DNA of 64,000 nt, from contig JAJOIF010000009.1 in NCBI GenBank assembly GCA_021209525.1, positions 22,285 through 86,284 of the forward strand, given 5' to 3'. Below the pieces are notes generated by a model. It did no database searches, was not told the origin of the DNA, and saw only the letters and a program-made list of their open reading frames with translations. Position 1 is the stretch's first letter, and every line of letters begins with the position of its first letter. Origin of the DNA: Minisyncoccota bacterium. GTDB taxonomy: Bacteria > Patescibacteriota > Minisyncoccia > Phycocordibacterales > UBA1006. Position numbers and translations under genes: made by a program. Shown here piece by piece: positions 45,567-55,799 of this stretch.

Positions 45567-47927
45567 ATGTTCTATATATTATATAATTTTTTCATGGACA
45601 CACACCCATCTTCTTTAGAAAAAAAACCTATTCTGAGCATTGAGCCTTTTGGGAACCATGTACAACTGGTCGCAAGCACTATTCTTGAGTCATTGCAGCC
45701 CACACCTTCAGCGCGCACCAAAGAAGATATTATCAAGGTTGTTGAATTTATATTAAATGGCAAAGAAGAACAAGCTTCTCGGATTCTTAGTCGCATGGTA
45801 TCTATAGGAAAGATATCATCTGAACATTTTGTACGCATTCTTGAAAATGCGAGCGATTACTATAATTCCAACAAAGAAGAGCTTCTTGCAGCACCGCGCA
45901 CACAAACACCAGAACCTGTAGCACTTTCCTCTGAACCTGCTACAGAGACCACCCTTCATAATGGCATCCCTGCTATTGAAATCAAAAATCCAGCAGAAAA
46001 TGAGGGAGGCGAACCCATTGCTCAACACACAAAAACAAATACAGCAGAAGTAATTGCTGACCAGCCTGCGCTGGATACAGAGATTATTACTGACACAGAA
46101 CCGCTTGAACAAATAGAGGATTCTATTGAAACACCCGAAGCAAGTGCGATTGAGGCAAAAATGAGTACTAAAAAGAAAACTCTCTACGCTATTGCCAAGC
46201 GCGAGTATACACAAAAATACATTGCACCTCGATCAAAAGATATATCTCTCAGTCCTGAAATTCAAAAATATTTTGAAAAGAAACAAAAAGAAATGGACAT
46301 TTTTTATAACACCAAAAAAAACCGTAATCAGATCATTGAAGGGCTTATTAAGGCTGTGCGCGAGAATACTCCTCAAAAAACCTCTCTTCATAGAAATATA
46401 GATGTCGTGAGCGAATTCAAAGATGCTCATATGTATAAGAAATTACGTGATATTATCACCACAGAAGGTATTGATGTCATCCTTATTCACGGCAAAGAAA
46501 ATACACGCGGCGCAACAGGTGACTCTCTTTCATTTGATGATGACACAGACACCAAAGCAGCACTCCATATATTACATCTCGTGAATCCGCAATACAAAGA
46601 AGGCGCACATACACATCTCGTACCCAAAGGATACAAACTTTCCCCAGAAGATCCTGAATTTGCAGGTAAAAATATTCTCAGTATCGATGTGGGGGGAACT
46701 GATTATGGTATTACCTTGACCGCCGGGAAAAAAGGTGCTGAGCATATTATCCTTGATCATCACCAAGAACATGCACAAGCCGGTCAGCAATCTGCCGCAA
46801 GCCTTATGCTTACCCTCATTCGCGAAACTGGACTCATAGAAAACCTGAGCCCAGAACAGCGTGCCGAAGCAGAAAATATTGGCGCTTTCGTAAATACTGT
46901 TGACGACCTCACCTATCCTTTCAATGCTCAAAAAGATGGCGCAACATGGCCGTATACACTCTATGGACTTGAGCCATACACCCCAAAAGAAATTCTTTTC
47001 TCTCTTGTAGGGAAAAGTGCGCCTGAGAAATTTAACAAACCACTTGATCCACAAGTACTCGCTCGCATTCCTATTGGCAAGAAAGTTGATGGGCGCATTA
47101 TCTTTGCAAAAAACGCAGAAGAAAGGGCCGCCTTTGCTCAAGACCCTGAATTCAGAGCACAAAGTGAACAAATTGTTACAGACCTTGCTGCGCGAAACCA
47201 TGAACTCCACACACTCTTAAAAGAAAAAGTAAAAGATCCTCAACACAAAGAACGCGTCAATGCGCTGCGTAAAAAGATAAGCACCCTTGCAGGAATATTA
47301 CCTGCGGAATACATCACCCTCGGCAATCAAGCAGAGCGAGCTCGCAGAGACCTCGCGGCATCACTCTATCGCATACGTAATCTCGCACAAGTGCAAAAAG
47401 AAAACGGACTTGCAACACATACACCTGATTTGGGTAAGGTGCTCGTTAATAAATATAAAGGCGGGGAAGCTCTCCCTCTTGGGTTTAATGCTGTCCGTGC
47501 TGCTGGATATGATAGTTATCTCAATTTCTTTACCAAAGAAAAAATAGATGGCGATACAAAAACATATGATACGGTAGGTTTCTTTGTTTCATCAGATCAC
47601 CTCAGCAAGTATTCTGTTGAAGCGATATATCCGCGCATTAAAGAATTATTTCCTGAAGCAAAAATGATTCGTGGAAAAATGATCATGTATACAGCGCCTG
47701 AAGGGCAAGAAATGGATCCAGAAAAGCTTTTGCAAGCGCTTGAACTCATTAAACAAGATGAAGCACTTGCAGAGGACACTGCGCCAGAAACACAAATCAC
47801 ACCAGAAGCATTGCCAGAAATCATCTTCTACAAAGGAGAACAGGTACGCGTACTCTCTCGAGATATATACGGACGCATCTCTGTTGAAAAAAGCGATGGT
47901 ACACAGCTACGCATTATACCTTCATAG
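45567..47927 (+). CDS. Large hypothetical protein with a central DHH-like phosphoesterase-type region
   Basis: GIDVILIHGKENTRGATGDSLSFDDDTD ... ILSIDVGGTDYG ... EHIILDHHQEH resembles DHH motifs I to III of NrnA. The N-terminal part is acidic. Confidence 0.45.
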   Translation: MFYILYNFFMDTHPSSLEKKPILSIEPFGNHVQLVASTILESLQPTPSARTKEDIIKVVEFILNGKEEQASRILSRMVSIGKISSEHFVRILENASDYYNSNKEELLAAPRTQTPEPVALSSEPATETTLHNGIPAIEIKNPAENEGGEPIAQHTKTNTAEVIADQPALDTEIITDTEPLEQIEDSIETPEASAIEAKMSTKKKTLYAIAKREYTQKYIAPRSKDISLSPEIQKYFEKKQKEMDIFYNTKKNRNQIIEGLIKAVRENTPQKTSLHRNIDVVSEFKDAHMYKKLRDIITTEGIDVILIHGKENTRGATGDSLSFDDDTDTKAALHILHLVNPQYKEGAHTHLVPKGYKLSPEDPEFAGKNILSIDVGGTDYGITLTAGKKGAEHIILDHHQEHAQAGQQSAASLMLTLIRETGLIENLSPEQRAEAENIGAFVNTVDDLTYPFNAQKDGATWPYTLYGLEPYTPKEILFSLVGKSAPEKFNKPLDPQVLARIPIGKKVDGRIIFAKNAEERAAFAQDPEFRAQSEQIVTDLAARNHELHTLLKEKVKDPQHKERVNALRKKISTLAGILPAEYITLGNQAERARRDLAASLYRIRNLAQVQKENGLATHTPDLGKVLVNKYKGGEALPLGFNAVRAAGYDSYLNFFTKEKIDGDTKTYDTVGFFVSSDHLSKYSVEAIYPRIKELFPEAKMIRGKMIMYTAPEGQEMDPEKLLQALELIKQDEALAEDTAPETQITPEALPEIIFYKGEQVRVLSRDIYGRISVEKSDGTQLRIIPS

Positions 47928-47934
47928 TATATAA

Positions 47935-47965
47935 AAAACCCCGAACTTGTGTCGGGGTTTTCTTG
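47935..47965. terminator. Bidirectional terminator (AACCCCGA-ACTTGTG-TCGGGGTT) between convergent genes
   Basis: A hairpin flanked by an A-run and a T-run lies between the convergent 45567 and 47978 genes. Confidence 0.65.
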
Positions 47966-47977
47966 TTGTTGTAATTA

Positions 47978-48724
47978 TTACCATTTGAGCGGGTCTTCGT
48001 CAGAAGTGACGAATATCCACGCCCCCTTTGGTAATATGACATAATCTGGGTTCCACCCCCTGAATTCCGCACCTCCTGGGGTGAGATAGAAAACCTCTTG
48101 GTATAATTGCGTACCAATCGTTTTTCTTTGAAAAACATAGGTTTGAGAGCATGAGGCACATTCGCTGTACCTCTTTTCACCATCGTATGGCACCCGATAT
48201 GTGGTGGTAATACCATCATCAAACATTGTCATTTTTGAAGACGGTACATTTACCACAGTTCGGGTAATTTCCTTCTTCTCACTAAGAGAAGAAAGTCCCA
48301 GTGCTACACATGGGTTTTTCTTGAGCAAATCACCCACCACCTCAGTGGTTGAGTGCATGTTCAAAAACATGTGCAGATCATGTCTAGAACCAAGTTTGGT
48401 TCCATATAATCTGCGCACTTCGGCAATGGTAAGTGACGCGGGTATTTGTATAAAACCCGCATACTTACGCGAGGGTGCGCTCATGACCCCTTCTGTTTTC
48501 TCTGGTAGCAAGAAGTCCTCATCTGCTATCTTGAGAAAAAAAGACAGCGGGACAATGGTGTCGCCATTATTTTTTAAATAAAACGACTTTTCATCCCAAA
48601 ATGTGTCCTTTAATGTGTCACCATCAACTATAATAGTTTCGGTAACTTGTTTTTTGATGTACCACCTTTCTCCTGCTTGCGCAAAAATTGAAAGTGTGGC
48701 ACATACAAAAAACATAAGAATCAT
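47978..48724 (-). CDS. Hypothetical secreted protein
   Basis: The signal peptide is MILMFFVCATLSIFAQA. Confidence 0.5.
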   Translation of the reverse strand: MILMFFVCATLSIFAQAGERWYIKKQVTETIIVDGDTLKDTFWDEKSFYLKNNGDTIVPLSFFLKIADEDFLLPEKTEGVMSAPSRKYAGFIQIPASLTIAEVRRLYGTKLGSRHDLHMFLNMHSTTEVVGDLLKKNPCVALGLSSLSEKKEITRTVVNVPSSKMTMFDDGITTTYRVPYDGEKRYSECASCSQTYVFQRKTIGTQLYQEVFYLTPGGAEFRGWNPDYVILPKGAWIFVTSDEDPLKW

Positions 48725-48923
48725 TATTTTTTCATTTTTTAAATTTTAAGGTTCGTGGCAATATTGCCCTATACAGTGATATATTATCATAAATAATATC
48801 ATATGTCAATCTTTGCTCTTGAATTATCGTCTGGGTCGCATTTCTACACAAAAACAGTTTCATGACATATTTTGTAAAATATGTTATAATTATATTACTT
48901 ATTCATCATAATTACCTTGCCCT

Positions 48924-51900
48924 ATGAAACAACCCGACACCTTACGCGATATTGATTCTTATCCAGATGTTCCCGCACTTTCCCTTGACGCAATGCTCGA
49001 TGCGCTTGAACGCAAAGAGGTTGTCTATGTGCAACGTATCACCCAAGATAATACTTTAGAAAGTGGCTGGAAGGTGGTAGCCGCAACAACAGGAGGGGTT
49101 GTGACGCTTGAAAAAATAGCAGGGAGCAATATAGGGGAACGCATAGAAGTGCGACCTATTGATGTCACCCTTGAACCTGTTCCTCCTCATGAAGTCACCC
49201 TTCATGGCAAAATGCTTGATGGTCTTGATTTAGGGCAAGGTTTTCGTATTTCTGCCGTAGAAACAGGCGCAGACGAAGCGTCTACATATGTGCATATTGA
49301 TGTACCTACGTCTTCACAAGCAATATTTGGTAATACAGACAGTGTGCGTATTTCCGTAAGTAGTCTTGGGCTTATGACAGATCCTGCCACATCAGAACTT
49401 GATGTGAATATGCTTTTAAGCACACTCAATATTATTGAATCAAAACCTATTACCGGAACACCTGATGTGGAAACACCGAGCGATACACTTCTTGCAGACA
49501 CAGAAACGCATATGTCACCCATAAAATCAACCACCCAGGCACTCAGAAGTGTTTATGAACACCTCGTAGAATCAAATAATGAGCATGCGTTTTGGGATGC
49601 TCATGATCTCATACCCGCTGACATGCAAGAGAGTTTCAAAGACCTCAAAAAGACTATTTACCAGGAACTTAGCGAGGCATATTATCATGCACAAGATACG
49701 AACACAAACCCTGAATTAATACAGCGTGTTAATGATTTATTGTCTTTGGTGCAAAAAAAAGAACAACCCGCTCAGGAAGTTTTTGTTACTACAGAAGACG
49801 GCACTCTTGAAGGTGGATGGAAAATGGCGCCTATTATTGCGGGTAGTGACTATGTGCTCGTATACAAAAAAGACCCCGTAACAGGAGAACTCCTTAAAAA
49901 ACAAATTTTGCGCGAAAAATTTTATGCAGATAATCCCCATATTTCAGAAGAAGCAGAAGAAATAGCAACCCCAGAAATACCTACAAAAGAAGACGCCGAG
50001 CCAGAAGCCCCAGCAGAAAAAAATGAGCAGCCAGCAAATCAGTTCGAACAAAGTATTTGGCTCAAGCGACAAAAACAAAGCACCCTTGAAGCATATATCA
50101 AAGCATATGAAGATCACTATGGCGCAAAAAGTGATAGTTCGAAATTCTTGAAGGAAATGCTGAGCGGTACAGGTTTTGTAAAACGCGAAGATACTGACTT
50201 GTCTCTTGAAAATGCTCCGGAAGGGTCAACAGGGCACGCACTCCTTGCGGCAAAGAGAATGTACGAGCAAGCACGCGAAGATTATCTCAATAATCGCAAG
50301 CGTCAAATTGAACTTGCTGCAACAAGACACTTAGAACGATTACAAAACGATCCTGAGTACACATCAAACCCTCAAGGAATGACTCTCAGTAAAGAAAATC
50401 TTTACGCATATACTGAGGCGCTTACTCAAAAATATCGCGGACTTGAAGCGGTGCGCAGTCAAGAAACCGCACTTCATACTGCTCAAGAAAAGGCATTTGA
50501 GAGCAAGACAAAGCGCATTGTTGCGGGTATTGCACAAAAATGGAACAAGCTCCCTTGGTATGTAAAAGTAACTCTTTCATCTGCTGCCATTGGTGCTGGT
50601 ACTGCCGCTGCCATTGGTGCTATTGCAGGAACGGGAGGTATGGCGCTTGGTGGCGGTCTTGTGATGGGACGCAGCTTGTTGAGCGGTGCTGCTGGTGTAT
50701 TAGGTAATCGTATCGGAGGAGCCACCGGCGCACTTCTTGGGTCATCTGGCGCTCGAGCTCTTTTAGGAGGACTTGGTGGGGTTGTTGGAGGTTTTGTTGG
50801 ACGAGGTGTAGTTGCTGGAACAGAAATGGCCTCAAATACATTTAATCGCTTGAGGGGAAAAGATCCTCAAAGAATGCGCGCAAAAATTCAAGACGCTTAT
50901 AATGAGGGTGTTTTATCTTATAGAGAATACACCGAAGCTCTTGCAGATATTGAACAAACTCAAAAGAAATGGGAAACAGGAAAAACCGCCGGTATGGTTG
51001 CTGGGGCAATACTTGGTGGTGCAGCAACACAGTTTTCATTTGAAAATAATGCGGAGCCAATTACAACAACACCTGAACCAGAGCCCGCACCACAACCCGA
51101 ACCAATCCCAGCAATACCTGAACCAGTTGTGGAAGCACCTGCCTGGGAAAATGTTTCTGACCTTGCCAAAGTACAAAAAGGCGACGGAGTCACGAATATT
51201 TTGGCACGACAAATCAATGCTGACCCAGAGCTCTTGCGCGCAGCGGAACAAGAACTCGGCATGAACTATAATGACAATAGAGGAGTATTTCTTGCCAAAC
51301 TTGCTCAAAAATTTGGCTACATCAATGAATCAGGAACAGCCGATGTGCGCTTGGTTATGAATCCAGAAAATGCATATGAGCTCTCTACAGAAAATAGTAC
51401 TCTCGTCATGCGCGAATGGGAAAATGGTACACTCGACAGAGTGCATGGCACGAACACAGCCTTCCAAGGATCTATCAATGAGGTGCAATCATCTCGCGAG
51501 TATGTATACGGTCAAACAGGAGCAAATACTACATCGTCAAATTGGGGTGCTCAGTCTGCAAATAATTACGTAGAGGGTCCAACTTCAGGAAGTATTGGTA
51601 CCTTGTCAAATAATGACGGATTCGTAAAAGGACCAACATCGGGAAGTATAGGAAATTTCTCTACCGAAGGACTTGTGGCGGGGCCCACTTCAGGAAGTAT
51701 TGGAGCAAACATGACTTTTGAAAACGGGCCTGATCTAAAAACAAATCCTGCAGATATATTGAATACAGCTAATGAGCAGAGTGCGGACACATATACTGCA
51801 AAAGCTATCGAGGCGCGCGACCAGTACTTTACTGAGAAAAACAAAGGCTGGGTACTCGAAGATGGGCGACGCATTATTTATGAACGCGACTTAGCGCCAC

Positions 51901-52493
51901 TCTCTGCAAAAGAAGTATTTATGCATATGAGCGGCTATGAACAAGGTACTTTTGCAATCAAAGACAAGAAATTTGAAGCATTGATTCCATTTATGAGCAG
52001 TATATATCACCAAGTAGATGCGCAAGGAGTTGATTGGAAATCATGGCCAGACACACTCACCTTTGATGAGGCAACACTTATTGCCGCAGGAAAGCCATTT
52101 GAAAGCACTCCTGAAACACCTCAATTCTTTGCACAAGGCCCTGTATTTGAAAATTACAATTATGACAAGGTATTTGCATTAGTGAATGGTAGTGATCGCT
52201 TTACTCCAGATCAGAGCACAGCATCCCTTGCATACTTGAATCGCGTATTTGGGCCAGAACGATTTGCACAATTCATGACTGTTCCGTACGGACAACTTGA
52301 AGGAATTATTACGAGCGCTCCTTTTGCAAAAAGCCAGCAAACATTATTCAAAGAAGTGATCGAGAAAATTATTGCAAGTAGCGGCACGGTGGCAAGTGCT
52401 GAAAAACCTATTGGTGCACTCTTGAATACATCGCTCGCGCAAATGGGATCAACCTATAGCACTCAAGACATCTTGGTGTATAATACACAGTAA
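48924..52493 (+). CDS. Giant hypothetical protein (1189 aa) with an internal module duplication, a central Gly/Ala-zipper hydrophobic segment and three GPTSGSIG repeats
   Basis: Modules TQDNTLESGWKVV and TEDGTLEGGWKMA repeat. The hydrophobic segment reads AAIGAGTAAAIGAIAGTGGMALGGGLVMG...GGLGGVVGGFVG. The repeats are in VEGPTSGSIGT / VKGPTSGSIGN / VAGPTSGSIGA. A TGtTATAAT extended -10 lies at 48882-48890. Confidence 0.6.
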   Translation: MKQPDTLRDIDSYPDVPALSLDAMLDALERKEVVYVQRITQDNTLESGWKVVAATTGGVVTLEKIAGSNIGERIEVRPIDVTLEPVPPHEVTLHGKMLDGLDLGQGFRISAVETGADEASTYVHIDVPTSSQAIFGNTDSVRISVSSLGLMTDPATSELDVNMLLSTLNIIESKPITGTPDVETPSDTLLADTETHMSPIKSTTQALRSVYEHLVESNNEHAFWDAHDLIPADMQESFKDLKKTIYQELSEAYYHAQDTNTNPELIQRVNDLLSLVQKKEQPAQEVFVTTEDGTLEGGWKMAPIIAGSDYVLVYKKDPVTGELLKKQILREKFYADNPHISEEAEEIATPEIPTKEDAEPEAPAEKNEQPANQFEQSIWLKRQKQSTLEAYIKAYEDHYGAKSDSSKFLKEMLSGTGFVKREDTDLSLENAPEGSTGHALLAAKRMYEQAREDYLNNRKRQIELAATRHLERLQNDPEYTSNPQGMTLSKENLYAYTEALTQKYRGLEAVRSQETALHTAQEKAFESKTKRIVAGIAQKWNKLPWYVKVTLSSAAIGAGTAAAIGAIAGTGGMALGGGLVMGRSLLSGAAGVLGNRIGGATGALLGSSGARALLGGLGGVVGGFVGRGVVAGTEMASNTFNRLRGKDPQRMRAKIQDAYNEGVLSYREYTEALADIEQTQKKWETGKTAGMVAGAILGGAATQFSFENNAEPITTTPEPEPAPQPEPIPAIPEPVVEAPAWENVSDLAKVQKGDGVTNILARQINADPELLRAAEQELGMNYNDNRGVFLAKLAQKFGYINESGTADVRLVMNPENAYELSTENSTLVMREWENGTLDRVHGTNTAFQGSINEVQSSREYVYGQTGANTTSSNWGAQSANNYVEGPTSGSIGTLSNNDGFVKGPTSGSIGNFSTEGLVAGPTSGSIGANMTFENGPDLKTNPADILNTANEQSADTYTAKAIEARDQYFTEKNKGWVLEDGRRIIYERDLAPLSAKEVFMHMSGYEQGTFAIKDKKFEALIPFMSSIYHQVDAQGVDWKSWPDTLTFDEATLIAAGKPFESTPETPQFFAQGPVFENYNYDKVFALVNGSDRFTPDQSTASLAYLNRVFGPERFAQFMTVPYGQLEGIITSAPFAKSQQTLFKEVIEKIIASSGTVASAEKPIGALLNTSLAQMGSTYSTQDILVYNTQ

Positions 52494-52519
52494 TACTTAA
52501 TCATTAATCAATTATTCTT

Positions 52520-52855
52520 ATGGATATTCAACAAACACCCGAAGAAGCATTTCAAGCAGCAATACAGATTCTTGGTCTCGAGAACACTCCCCAAGAATTT
52601 CAAGAAGAATACGTTGCTGAATTTGGCGATATGGTGATTCAATCAATCATTTATCGCGTACTTCCAGACATGGACGAAGCACAACAAAATGCACTTGAGT
52701 CACTCCTTGAAGAAAGTGACAACGAAGAAGGTATTGCAAAAATATTTGCATACCTCGAACAACACGTACCTAACTTTAATACTGTGGTTATCGAAGAAAC
52801 AAAAAGAATTACCGACGCCATTAAAGAAGCAGAACAGCAAGAAGGAATCATCTAA
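52520..52855 (+). CDS. Small acidic hypothetical protein
   Basis: The frame is open and is followed by a terminator at about 52861-52889. Confidence 0.45.
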   Translation: MDIQQTPEEAFQAAIQILGLENTPQEFQEEYVAEFGDMVIQSIIYRVLPDMDEAQQNALESLLEESDNEEGIAKIFAYLEQHVPNFNTVVIEETKRITDAIKEAEQQEGII

Positions 52856-52974
52856 ACAAAAAACACGGCATACTCTGTCGTGTTTTTTGTTGTCGACATA
52901 CTTATTCTTATTGCTATTATTTTGAAGTAAAAGGTATAATATATAGTATTACTCAGTGATTAATATTTCTATAC

Positions 52975-53775
52975 ATGAATCTACACAATATAACAGGTTT
53001 GCATATTTTTATTACCCTACTCATAGGAGGGGGACTTATTACTGGTGCGTATCTTTTAGGTAAAAATACCCCCCAAGAGCGCAACACTCTTACAGAGACA
53101 GAACCAGGCACTTTTACCTTCGATGACTTTGTTTTATCTGAAGAAATATTAGATGACATGCCACCATCTGCAACACCCCAAACAAACACCACTTCATCAT
53201 CAGCGCCATCTGGAGTACCTATTTCTGGTGGAGGACCAGCAAGCGCTCTAGGGTGCGCGGTGAATGCTCCAGGAAATGTGACCAATGCACAAGCGGTACA
53301 ATTATGGAATAATCTTTCGTCTCAGTCGCTCTATGATCAAGCATTAGCGAGTGGTATTTGGCTAGAAGAAGGATTTGGTGTAAATCTATCTGGAGTAAAA
53401 GATGTTACTGGAGATGGTGTTTCCGAGGCTATTTTTACAGGAAACGGAGGAAATGCGGATGTTTCATTTATTGCTCGAGCACTCACACCTACAACATATG
53501 AAATACTTCGTATGAAACTAGAAAATAATACCTCCGAAACCCTTTCGCTCATGCGGAAAGGAGTCGTTACCTATAGCGTTGGTTACCGTATTAAAGAAGA
53601 TCAGTGTCGTATCGGCATCTATCAATATGCTATTGATCAAATCGCAGGGAATATAAATTGCTCTTCGCAAGATCTCCCCGCTCAAATAAATGGCTATATT
53701 TGGAATCAAAATGAAGGTTTGTTTGTGTGGAATACCGATTACACACAACAACTCATACAAGAAATTTGTACATAG
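52975..53775 (+). CDS. Hypothetical membrane-anchored protein
   Basis: It has the N-terminal TM helix ITGLHIFITLLIGGGLITGAYLL. Confidence 0.5.
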   Translation: MNLHNITGLHIFITLLIGGGLITGAYLLGKNTPQERNTLTETEPGTFTFDDFVLSEEILDDMPPSATPQTNTTSSSAPSGVPISGGGPASALGCAVNAPGNVTNAQAVQLWNNLSSQSLYDQALASGIWLEEGFGVNLSGVKDVTGDGVSEAIFTGNGGNADVSFIARALTPTTYEILRMKLENNTSETLSLMRKGVVTYSVGYRIKEDQCRIGIYQYAIDQIAGNINCSSQDLPAQINGYIWNQNEGLFVWNTDYTQQLIQEICT

Positions 53776-53843
53776 AAAAACATAAAACAAAAATATACAA
53801 TTTAACATTTGTCTCTTGGGTCTTCTTCGCTTATACTACCTCC

Positions 53844-55793
53844 ATGGAATCATATATCAGCGAACTCAATCACGAACAACAGCAAGCAGTCATGCATACC
53901 GAAGGACCTCTTCTTATTGTTGCGGGAGCAGGAACAGGGAAAACAAAAACTCTTACCCGTCGTATTTATCATTTAATCAGAAGCGGTATTGCGCCAGAAA
54001 ATATTCTCGCTATTACCTTTACTAATAAAGCTGCGGCGGAAATGCGTGAGCGTGTACAACATCTTATGCACGGGCATAGTGAATATAAAAATGAAATGCC
54101 TTTTATGAGCACCTTTCACGCACTGGGAGCATTTCTTCTTCGTAATCATGCAGATCGTATGGGACTCAAAAAACATTTTGTTATTGCGGACAGCACTGAT
54201 CAAAAAGGTCTTATCAAAGATGCCATGCATGCACTTGATATTAATCCTAAACAATGGGAGCCAAAGCGTATTCGGTCTATTATCTCAAAAAACAAGGGCG
54301 ATCTCGTCACGCCTTCTGATTACCAAAAAACTATTGCGAGCGCCCTTGCTGAAATAACCCATGCGGTGTGGGTACGCTACGAAGAGCTCCTTGCGGAAAA
54401 TTCCGCTATTGATTTTGATGATCTCTTGTGTAAAACACATGATCTTCTCAACGGTCATCCTGACATTTTAAATCTCTACCAAAACAAGTGGAAATATATT
54501 CACATTGATGAATACCAAGACACCAATACTGCGCAATATCGTATTGCAAAATTATTAGCAGCAGGGCACAAAAACATCTGTGTCGTTGGGGATGGTGATC
54601 AAAATATTTATAGTTGGCGCGGTGCTGATATGCGCAATATGCTCAATTTTGAAAAAGATTATCCCGGAGCGCGAGCTATTGTTCTTGAGCGCAATTACCG
54701 ATCTACACAAAATATCCTCACCGCTGCAGACGAGGTTATTAAGAAGAATAGCAATCGTATTCCCAAAAAACTCCATACGGAAAATGAGGCTGGGCATGCA
54801 ATTAAAATATATCATGCATTTTCTGAGCGCGACGAAGCCACATTTATTGCTGAGCAATGCGGCCGGAGTATTGCGCTCGGCGCAGACCCTCGTGAAATTG
54901 CCGTGCTCTTTCGTACCAATTTTCAATCACGCGCTATCGAGGAAGCGTTACTCCATAGTGGTATCCAATATCAAGTACTCGGTGTAAAATTCTTTGACCG
55001 CAAGGAAATCAAAGATGTATTATCCTACATTCGTGCAGCGCTCAATCCTGAAAGCCTGGGCGACATAGCGCGCATTATTAACACTCCCAAGCGCGGTATT
55101 GGCAAGGCAACTCTTGCTAAAATTTTTGCTGGGCAAGCAGAAAGCCTTACGCCAAAAGTGCGCGAAAAATATACTGCATTTACGGCAACGCTTGCGCTTA
55201 TCAAGAAAACCGCAGAAACAGAGACTGCAAGCAATACCGTGCGCATCACTTTGGAAAAGTCAGGTCTCATTGACGAGCTCATTCCACAAAATGAAGAAGA
55301 TGCTGAGCGTATTGCAAATATGAAAGAACTCGTGAGCTATGCAACACGGTATGATCATATGGCGCCAGTAGAGGGTATTGCAAAACTTATGGAGGATGCA
55401 GCGCTCATGGGTGAACAAGATTCTCTAGAAAACAAAAAAGATCTGCCTGCTGTGCGCCTTATGACTATTCACGCATCCAAAGGGCTTGAGTTTGATCATG
55501 TGTTTATCACAGGGCTCGAGCAAGGATTATTTCCGAGCCAGCGCGATGATGAGAAAAAAGAAGATACCGAAGAAGAGCGTCGTCTCATGTATGTTGCACT
55601 CACTCGCGCCCGCAAAAATCTATACCTTTCACATGCACGCACACGCAGAGTGTATGGCGATCAAGAGTTGCGTACTCCTTCTGAGTTTCTTATGGATATT
55701 CCGCCGCATATTGCAGAACATATTGCAGACCCATGGACTGGAGAACAGGGAGGTGAGGGAGATGGTGAAAAAATTATTTATTTGGACTTTTAG
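53844..55793 (+). CDS. pcrA: ATP-dependent DNA helicase, UvrD/PcrA/Rep family
   Basis: LNHEQQQAVMHTEGPLLIVAGAGTGKTKTLTRRI is the Walker A motif. The protein also has DEYQDTN and VGDGDQNIYSWRGA. The start is the internal ATG. Confidence 0.85.
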   Translation: MESYISELNHEQQQAVMHTEGPLLIVAGAGTGKTKTLTRRIYHLIRSGIAPENILAITFTNKAAAEMRERVQHLMHGHSEYKNEMPFMSTFHALGAFLLRNHADRMGLKKHFVIADSTDQKGLIKDAMHALDINPKQWEPKRIRSIISKNKGDLVTPSDYQKTIASALAEITHAVWVRYEELLAENSAIDFDDLLCKTHDLLNGHPDILNLYQNKWKYIHIDEYQDTNTAQYRIAKLLAAGHKNICVVGDGDQNIYSWRGADMRNMLNFEKDYPGARAIVLERNYRSTQNILTAADEVIKKNSNRIPKKLHTENEAGHAIKIYHAFSERDEATFIAEQCGRSIALGADPREIAVLFRTNFQSRAIEEALLHSGIQYQVLGVKFFDRKEIKDVLSYIRAALNPESLGDIARIINTPKRGIGKATLAKIFAGQAESLTPKVREKYTAFTATLALIKKTAETETASNTVRITLEKSGLIDELIPQNEEDAERIANMKELVSYATRYDHMAPVEGIAKLMEDAALMGEQDSLENKKDLPAVRLMTIHASKGLEFDHVFITGLEQGLFPSQRDDEKKEDTEEERRLMYVALTRARKNLYLSHARTRRVYGDQELRTPSEFLMDIPPHIAEHIADPWTGEQGGEGDGEKIIYLDF

Positions 55794-55799
55794 ATTTGT

